This document shows, piece after piece, positions 55,801 through 64,000 of a stretch of 64,000 nucleotides of DNA. Location: NCBI GenBank assembly GCA_014905635.1, contig JABVCE010000037.1, positions 1-64,000 of the forward strand. Reading direction: 5' to 3'. The DNA comes from Scenedesmus sp. PABB004. Taxonomy: Eukaryota. The translations under genes were made by a program, and so were the position numbers. The notes beneath the pieces were generated by a model. That model did no database searches. It was given only the letters and a program-made list of their open reading frames with translations, and was not told the DNA's origin. The number at the start of each line of letters is the position of its first letter. Positions within the stretch are counted from its first letter, which is position 1.

Positions 55801-58800
55801 CGGTTGACTGTGCGGGCGAGTGGCGCGTCGCGCCGGACGCCTGGTGCAGCGCCACGTGCGGCGACGGCACCGTCCGGCAGACCTATGTCGTCACGCAGCA
55901 GCCCAAGTTCGGGGGCAAGGAGTGCCCCAACGCCGAGGGCGCGACGCGCGACCAGCCGTGCAACCTCGGCGCCTGCAGCACCTTTTGGCAGCCCGTGCGC
56001 TGCCCGTCCGCCATCGGCCTGCCCGCGGGCAGCGCCGCCAGCTGGCCGGCTGCCTGCCCCAGCCTGGACGCGTTTCAGACGTGCAGCGGCGCCTGCTCCG
56101 GCTCCGCCACGGGCGCGCCGCCAGTGGCCACCTGCGGGGGCGACGGCGTGTGGAGCGTGACAACCCCCGCCAACTGCCAGCGTGAGCTGGGGCGCGCCAC
56201 GGGCGGGCCAGGCAGCCAAGTGGGGCATGCTGTTGCGCCAACAGCCGCCCCTGCCCTGCCCGTGCTGCCGCGACACCCGCAGTGCCGGCGGCGGTGACGT
56301 GCTCCGTCATCACCCCTGCCACGGCCGACCCGAGCGCCGGCGGCCATGCTGCGTGGGCCGCCGGCTGCGGGAGCGCGGTCGGCGACACCTGCGCGGCGAG
56401 CTGCGCGGAAGGCTACACCGGCGCGCCCGGCTCCGCCACGTGCGGCGGCAACGGCGCGTGGACCGTGACGACCGCCAGTTGCCAGCGTGAGCAGGCGGCT
56501 GCGCGCTGCTGGCTGCTGCTGGTTGGTTGGTTGGTTGGCTGCGGCTCGCCAGCTTGTGCTGCAGCTGCCCGGCGCTCACGCACTCAGCCGCCGCGTGCTG
56601 AGCGCAGCCAAGACCTGCAGCGCCACCATCACTGGCCTGGCCGCGGGTGCTCATGCCAGCTGGCCCTCAGCACGGCCGCGGCTTGCGGTGCGCTGGCGCG
56701 CACTTCTGCAGCGCGCGGCGGCGCTGCTCGCTGCTCCCGCCCCGCCCCCCTCGCGCCGTCCCTCACCCCGCGCCGGCGCTCTGCCCGGCCGCAGCCGACG
56801 AGGCGCCAACGATCAACGCGCTGGCCCCCGCCTCCGCGACCGTCACCCAGGGCGCGGGCACGCACACCCTCACAACCGCGTCCGCGACAGACCCCAACGC
56901 TGCTTCTGGCGACACCATCACCTTCTCCCTCGGCCCCGGCCTGACCGGTGATGTGCACGGCGTGGCCGTGGCACAGGTTGGCGGGAGCGTGAGCTTCAAC
57001 GCGTCCGCCACCGATCTCGCCGTGGGGCAGACCTACACGTTTGCGGTCGTCGCGACAGACCTGGCCGGCCTCTCATCAAGCACCGACTTCAACCTCACCG
57101 GTGCGGCGCACGGGGCGCGCAGCTGCGGCGGGGCACTTTGTGTGCGCGCGGTGCAGCGGCGTCGCCAAAGGGGTGTGCGGCGCGGCCACCGCACCTGAGC
57201 CTTCTCCTCTCACCCCCGCTCGCCGCTGCCCTGCCGCAGTGAGCGCAGGGCCCAGCCTGGCGTTTGATCCACTACTGCCAGGCGTGGCCACGCTCGGCAC
57301 GGGTGTGCAGGTCGTTGCTCTGGCCGTCGTGTCGGGCTCCAGCCACACAGGCGGGTTCTCTTATAAACTGCCTGCCGAGCACCCGACGTGGCTCTCAGTC
57401 GATCGCAACCAGGTGAAGTGCAACACCACAGCGGCCGCCCGCGGCAATTACACCGTTGATGTGCGCGTCACGGACCCAGATGGCGTCTCGTCCACAGCTG
57501 TCCTCGACCTGCGGGGTGAGGCATCGCAGCCAGCGGGCATGCGCGACCGCGGTGCTTCTGGCCCGCCTCCTGCGAACCCTCCTGCCGCCGCTGCCGCCGC
57601 CGCTGCCCGCCGCCGCAGTTAACACGGCCCCCACGCTGGCCCTGAGCTCGGGCGCTGCGACCATCACGGAGCTCAGCGGCAGCCACGACCTTGCCACGCT
57701 CACCGCTGCCGACGACGACGGCGACACACTCACGTTGAGCGCGTCGGTGACCGGCCAGGAAGGCCACGGCGTGTCGGTGGCAGGGACTAAGCTGGTGTTT
57801 GACTCGGACGCGTCGGCGCTGCCGCCCGGCGCGTCGTACAACGTGCTCGTGACTGCTACGGACCCCGACGGCGCGCAAGCCACCGAGCCGTTTGCGCTCA
57901 CAGGTGGGCGCGGCGCTGCGCACGCGTGTAGCTCGAGGGGGCCGGGCGCGGCGCGTCCGACGCGCTGACGGTCAGCTCACAGCCCACCCGTGCTGCGCGT
58001 GCCCGCCCCGTCGCGCCGCAGTCAACGGGCGGCCCACGCTCACACTCACCCCGACGCTTGCCGAAGTGTCGCTCCGCAGCGGGAGCGCGCTGGTGGTGGC
58101 GACGGCACTGGTCAGTGACGTCGAGCCCGGCCAGGCCCACACCTTCACGCTCGACCCTGGCAACCTCCCCGTTGAGGTCGCGTCCCGCCTGCAAAATGTC
58201 TCCGACCACCCCGATCAGAACGCAGTCGTCCTGGACACGGGCGCGCAAAGCCTGGTGGCGGGGCAGAGCTACACGTTCCGCGTGACCGTCACCGACGCAG
58301 CCGGCGCGTCCGACACGCAGTCGGCCACGATTGCCGTGGTGCAGCACACCAACACAAACAACCTCGTGCCCAGCGTGACGCTCTCTGCTTCAAGTATCAG
58401 TGTCAGCGAGGACTCGGGGCCCTACCAGGCGCAGGGCTTTGCCACCATTGTCGTGAGGGACCCCGAGGAGCAGCTGGACAATGACACCGTGACGGTCTCG
58501 TGCAGCTCCGACCTGTTCAGCGCGGCGCCCACGCTCACCAGGCAGGGCGCTTCCACAATCTTCGACCTGGCGTTCACGCCCGCGCCCGACGCCAACGGAA
58601 ACAGTGTGTGCAGCGTGCGCGCGGCCGACACGGGGCCCGCGCCCGCCACCGGCGAAGCGACCTTCACCATCGCCATCGCGGCAGGTGGGCGCGGCCGGCG
58701 CGGACGCCGGGCGCGCACAGCAGCCGCGAACAGCGCGCCGAGCTCACAGGGTGGCCGCTGCTGCCCCTGCGCGCCCCACAGTGAACGACGCGCCGTCCCT

Positions 58801-59897
58801 TGCCGTTACAACCATCTGGCTGACGCCGACCCAGCGCACGGGCCAGCAACTGATCGCCACGGCCACGGCAGCCGACATCGACCGGCAGGCGCTGAGCTTC
58901 AGTCTGCACACCGACCTGCTCGGCACGTCCATCTTGTCCAATGATGCGGGCCTGCAAGAGATCTGGCTGGACACCGACAACGCCGGCCTGGCGCCTGGCA
59001 GCTACAGCCTGGTCGTGCTCGTGAGCGACGGTGAGGCGACCATCTCGAGCCAGCTCACCGTCGCGGTGCAGCCCGGCGCAAACCGCGCGCCCACGTTTAC
59101 TGTGGCCCAGCCGAGCGTAACAAGGGGCGAGGACGCCGGCGCGGTCGAGATCACGGGGTTCCTGACCGGCGTGGGCGACCCCGACCCCGGCCAGGTCCTG
59201 ACCGCCTCGGTTGTCTGCACAATCAACGGAGGAGGAACTAGCAACCCGCTGCAGTTTGCGGCCTCGCCCGCTGTTGCCTTGTTGGGCGGGAGCGGCACGC
59301 TGCGTTTTACCGCGGCAGCCGACGCGTTTGGTCACGCCGACTGCACTGTCAAGGTCGAGGACGACGCCGTGGGCACCACAGGCCAGCCCATCACCACCTC
59401 CGCTCCCTTCTCCATTGTCATCACCTCGGGTGCGTGCCAGTCGAGCCGATGAGCGAGCGGGCGCCGCACAGGCGCTGGGTGCAGGGTGCAGGGCTGCGCG
59501 CTGGGCTGCGCGCTGGGCTGCGCACCTGCCGCCTCACTCACTCGCGCGCGCTGCGATGCTCGCAGTCAATGACGCCCCGAGCTTTGGCCTCGCCGACACC
59601 GACATTTCCAGGTCTGCAAATGTCAACAAGAAAACGTACAGCGTGGACGGCTGGGCCACTGACATCAGCCAGGGCGCGCCCAACGAGTCAACCAAGGATC
59701 TGCAATTTGTCGTGACGGGCAACACCAACCCAACACTTGTGACAGCGGTGGGCATGGCGGCAACCGGCGGCACCGCTGGCAAGTTGACGTTCACCGTGGC
59801 CGCGCGCAAGTCAGGCAGCGCGACCATCACGCTCGAGCTCTGCGACGGAGATGCGCTGTGCAGCAGCACCAAGAGCTTCACGATCTCCGTCGCCTGA
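52818..59897 (+). CDS. Large secreted mosaic adhesin-like protein: Cys-rich GCC2/ephrin-receptor-like repeats, PAN-like, two TSP1, Sushi-like, about 8 cadherin/Ig-like repeats
   Basis: Signal peptide; CPIGSYK, CPKGTWS, CPAGSTT repeats; WCSATCGDG...GGKECP...CN; DEAPTI/VNTAP/VNDAP/NRAP repeat starts; no C-terminal transmembrane segment. Confidence 0.8.
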
Positions 59898-61345
59898 CCG
59901 CAACCGCCGGGGCCTCCGGACTCGGACCGAACGGCAGCCCACTCTGGTAGCACACACCGTGTGCTTGACTATGCGACTGGCTCAGGCGATTGGCTGAGGT
60001 CTGTTGCCGGCTGTTCAGCGCTTGAGCTCATGCTTCCCTAGCTGCTTCATTTGGCCTGCTGCGGGGCGCGCAGATGGCCCACCTGCCGCGCCCATTGGCG
60101 GAGGTGCGCGCCCCTCCACAAACGTCCGACAGCATGGAGCTGCCGGGCTGTGTTGCGCGGCGCGGCGCCGCGCGGCAACCAATCGGCCGGCCCACGGCGC
60201 TGGGCCCTGATCACAGCTGGTCTGGCTGCTGCACCTGCTGGCCCCTCAAAAGGGGTCTTGGGGTTTTCGAGCATGTGACTGACCCGTGCGGTGTTGCTGG
60301 GTTTGCTGCTCGCTGGTCAACCACAACAACGGGGCGGGGAGGACTGCTGGAATGTGCACACGCACGGGGAACGCATGATGTTGTGTGTGCTGCTGCCATC
60401 ACGTGACCGGGCCACGCTTCACCACTCCTCACTCGCGGCCTGGGCTTGGCCCTGCCCCCAGCCGCCTGCGGCGCGCCACCTGCCCCTCCTGCTCGTTTGA
60501 CTCCATCCATGTCCGTGAATGTTCGCTGCCAGGACCGCCGGGCCTCGCCGCCCGCGCCTAGCTTGCTGCACTGTGCCCGAGCGCGCAGCGCGTGGGGTCT
60601 CCAGTCCGGACTTGACACGCCACAGTGGTGTGGGTGTGCCCCGCACGATAAGAACCCGACACCTCTGCGGCCCTGAGCGCCCCGAGCTCCTCGACTGAAC
60701 TGCGGCGACCACTGGCATGCGTGTGCTTGACTGTGCAATTGGCTCAGGCAGTCGGCTGGAGGGCTTGCGCCGGGCTTGATCGTGGGCAAGCCTGGGGGCC
60801 AGCATGCGTTCGCGCCATGTCCGTCATCGTCGTCATCGTCAGAACCATCATCACTGTCTTGCCTGATTGCACCGAACACACAACCGCCAACACGCACGCC
60901 CCCGGGTGGGCCGCTCTCTTGCGGGCACCGCGCCCCTGGTCGATGCTTTGAGTGCGCGGCGGCGGAGTCGCCGAGTGCAATGAGAGTGGTGGTGTGTGCG
61001 CGCCGGGCTCGGTGCTGGCGTTGCCGACCAGCGCGGCAGCTGGCCACTCGGGGCGCTCGGGAGCTGGCCAGCCGCGACGGCGCAGCGCTCGCGGGCGCAG
61101 TGGGCACGAGCGCTCAGCTCCTCTGCAGCTCGCGCTCATTCACGTCCAACAGAGCTGTGATCGGACCAGCCGTGCGTGCAGCGGCGGCGGCCCCGGCGGC
61201 GAAGGCAGCGGCGGCAGCGGCCTGCTCGGCGTGACGCCAGCCCCCGCTCTCAGCTCTGTCGCATGAGGCGCCGGCGCCACGCACCGCGCTGGCGGTCGGG
61301 GCGGCCGCGGCGGCTGGCGTAGCGGCTGGCGTAGCGGCGCGAAGG

Positions 61346-64000
61346 ATGCTGCTGCTCAGGGCCGCCCCCCGCGATGCGCGGGCGCTGGCAGGTGCGGGGG
61401 CGGCCTGTGGTCTCTGGAAGGCATGCCGGCTCCAGGCGACCGCCTTCCGCGCCTCAGCTGCCGCAGCCGCAGCCGCCGCTGCTGCCGGCGCTGCCGCCGG
61501 CGCCGCTGCTGCTCGGGTCGAGCAGCAGCCCCGCGCTGGGGCCCACCCTGCTGCTGCCACCGCCCTCGCAGAGCGCCTGGCGGCGGCGGCGCAAGCGGCG
61601 CTGCACGGCGGCGCGTGGCCGGGGGGCGGCGCCTCGCCAGGCGGCGGCTGGTGTGGCAACGCGAGCAGCGGCGGCGCCGCCGCGGGGCCGGGCGAGCAGC
61701 AGGGCCCGCTCAGGCCGGCCGAGTGGCGGCGCCTGCTGGCGGCGCAGCAGCCCCCGGGCGCGCTGCTGGCGGCATCGGCGGCCGCAGTCCATCCAGCGCG
61801 CCCAGCGCACGCGCGCGCCGTGCGGACGTGCGCTGCCGCCGCGGCGGCCGGCTCCGGGCGGCGCCGCGCGGCGGCGCAGGCGGCGGACGACAGCCTCGCG
61901 CACGCGCTGCGCCAGGCGGGCCTGCCGGACGGGGCGGTCGCGGCGGTCGTGGCGCAGGCGCCCGCGTGGCCGTCGCTGTCTAAGGTGGGCCGCTGCCGGG
62001 CGGGCGCGGCGATCGCACGTCGCGCGGACGGCCGCGACCACGCGCCGCGCGCGCCCACTGCGGCCCGCGCTCGCCCGCCGGCCGCGCCCCCGCGCGACGC
62101 CGCAGGACACCGACGAGCTGCTGCACCGCGTGGCGCGGCTGCAGGCGCTCGTCGCGAGCCGCGCCGCCGCGGGGGAGATGCTGGCGGCGGCGCCGGAGCT
62201 GCTCACGCGGCCGCCCGCGGCGCTGGAGGCGCAGCTGCTGCGCCTCGCGGCGTGGCTGCGCCTGCCGCTGGCGGGCGAGGGGGCGGCCCCGCAGCCCGCG
62301 CCCGAGGCGGCGGCGGCGGCGTGCGCCGCGCTGGTGCGGCTCGTGCGGCAGCGCCCGGGCGTGCTGTTCCTGGCGCGCGAGCAGGTGGCCGCGCAGCTGG
62401 GCGCCGCGCAGCGCCTGCTCGGCCTGCCGGCACTGCCGCCGCTGCCGGAGGACGAGGCGGCGGTGCTGGAGCAGCTGCACGCCGAGGTGGCGGCCGCGCA
62501 CGCCGAGGCGGCGGCGGCGCTCGAGGCGCGCGGGCTGCAGCCCAGCGAGCAGCAGCGCGGCGCGCGGCGCGCCGGCCTGGCAGAGATACGCGGCGACCTC
62601 GCGCAGCTGCGGGCGCGTCAGGCGGCGTGGGAGCGCGGCGCGGCGGCGGCGCTCGACGCGTGGCGGCGGGCCGAGCAGGCGGCCGGCGAGTGCGCGGCGG
62701 GCGCGCCGCCGCACGGGCTGCCGCCGCCGCACGGGCTGCCCCCGCCGCCGCCGGCCGCGGCCGCCGTTGCGCCATCGCCGCAGGAGCCGCTGGAGCTGCG
62801 GGAGCTGTCGACGCTGGACGCGTCCGCGGCCAGCAGCGCCGCGCCGGGCGCGGGCGGCGCGCCTGCGTGCTGGCCCGCCGCGCTCGTGTGCGCCGCGCCC
62901 GAGTGGCTATTTGTGGACCCGCAGCGCGCCATGCCCCGCCGCCTCGACTACCTACGCCGCCTCTTCTTCGGCGGCGGCGCCGGCAGCGGTGGTGGGCGCG
63001 ACGGCGGCGGCGGACACAGCAGCGGCGGCGGTGGCCTGACCCCGCTCGCGGCGCTGGTGCTGGGCGCGCCGGGCCTGATCGGCGTGAGCCCGCCCCACGT
63101 GCCCGCCAAGCTGCGCGCCCTCGAGGCGGCGCTCGCGGCGCACCCGAGCCTCGCGGGCGCGGGCCTGGCGCCGCGGAGCGGCGCTCGCGGCGCCGCCGGC
63201 GAGCGCCTGTCGGAGCTGGTGTCTGCGGCGCTGCTGCAGAGCCCGCTGCTGCTCACCGCGCCGCCGCGGGTGCTCGAGGCCAACGCGCGCGCGCTCGCCG
63301 CGGCGCTGCCGGCGCTGCCGCTCTACTTCACCCTCCCCCTGCTGCCCCGCCGGGCGCTGCACTGGGCCCACCTGGAGTTTCTGGCCGCCCTCGGTGAGCT
63401 GCCCGGCGGCGGCGGCGGCGCCGCCGCCGAGTGGGGCGAGGAGTCGTTCCAGCTCGCGGCGGCGGCGCTGTCGGCCGAGCCGGGCGCGTTCGAGGCCGCC
63501 CGCCCGCTGTTCCTGCCCTGGCGCGCGGCGCGCGGCGCCGCGTCGGCGGCGGGGCGCGACTGGCGCGCCGGCTGGGGCTGGCAGCGCGAGCTCGAGGGCG
63601 CGCTCGCGGGGCCGGCGCTGGCGGCGTGGCTGCGCGCCATGCGGGGCGCCTGGCACCGCCTGCTGCTGCTGGGCGCGGGCGAGCGCTGGCTCGCGCCCGC
63701 GGCGCCGGCGGCCGGGGGCGGCGCCGGGCGCGGCGCGCGGCGGCGGCTGAGCCTGGCGGAGCTGCCACACGCGCCGGCGGCCGCGCTGCCCTGCCGCCCC
63801 GCCCCCGGGCTGGGGCCGCTTCCGCTGGACCTGGACGACCGGCAGGCGCAGGCCCTGCTGGCGGGCCCGCACGCGGCGCTGGAGGCGGAGCTGGCGCCGC
63901 TCGCGGGGCTCTGGCAGCACCTCGCGGCCGCCGCGGCGCTGAGCCCGGGCTGGCACCGCCAGCTGGACGGCGCCGCGACGGAGCTTCCGCGCGCGCTGAT
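61346..64000 (+). CDS. mTERF-like helical-repeat organellar protein (3' partial)
   Basis: Exon 1 61346-61984; exon 2 from 62106 is open to the window end. Repeats AAAPELLT, RQRPGVLF, CAAPEWLF...PRRLDYL, LGAPGLIG, LQSPLLLT. Confidence 0.65.

Noticed and set aside
60211..61140. Possible small minus-strand gene with an acidic DSDDGSDDDDDD stretch
   Set aside because: Could not build a convincing spliced model or recognise a domain.
1..64000. tRNA, rRNA or snRNA genes
   Set aside because: None recognised by eye; tRNAscan-SE/Infernal would be needed to exclude small ncRNAs.

Overview
Left end of a chromosome from a very GC-rich, intron-dense green alga. The plant-type (CCCTAAA)n telomere, TGTAA poly(A) signals and GC-rich introns suggest Chlorophyta, probably Sphaeropleales/Selenastraceae (inference). 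The telomere (1-225) is fused directly to a 5'-truncated ORF that ends in a (TATCTT)n tail and looks like the 3' end of a non-LTR retrotransposon. About 18 spliced genes follow: a DOMON/cytochrome b561 fusion with a 1215-bp tandem duplication, NDUFA9, eEF3, a double-SAND-domain regulator enclosed by ~1-kb inverted repeats, F-box/LRR, OTU, HAD, UBA5, organellar SerRS, a DNA 3'-phosphatase fused to a Pol-beta-like 8-kDa domain, YacP/NYN, La, a putative thylakoid Tat substrate, a thiol/halide methyltransferase, an Rh channel, a sulfatase, a large secreted mosaic adhesin and a partial mTERF-like gene. Most ORFs in the supplied track are antisense or GC-driven shadows. Gene models were spliced by eye, and family assignments come from recalled motifs, not database searches.
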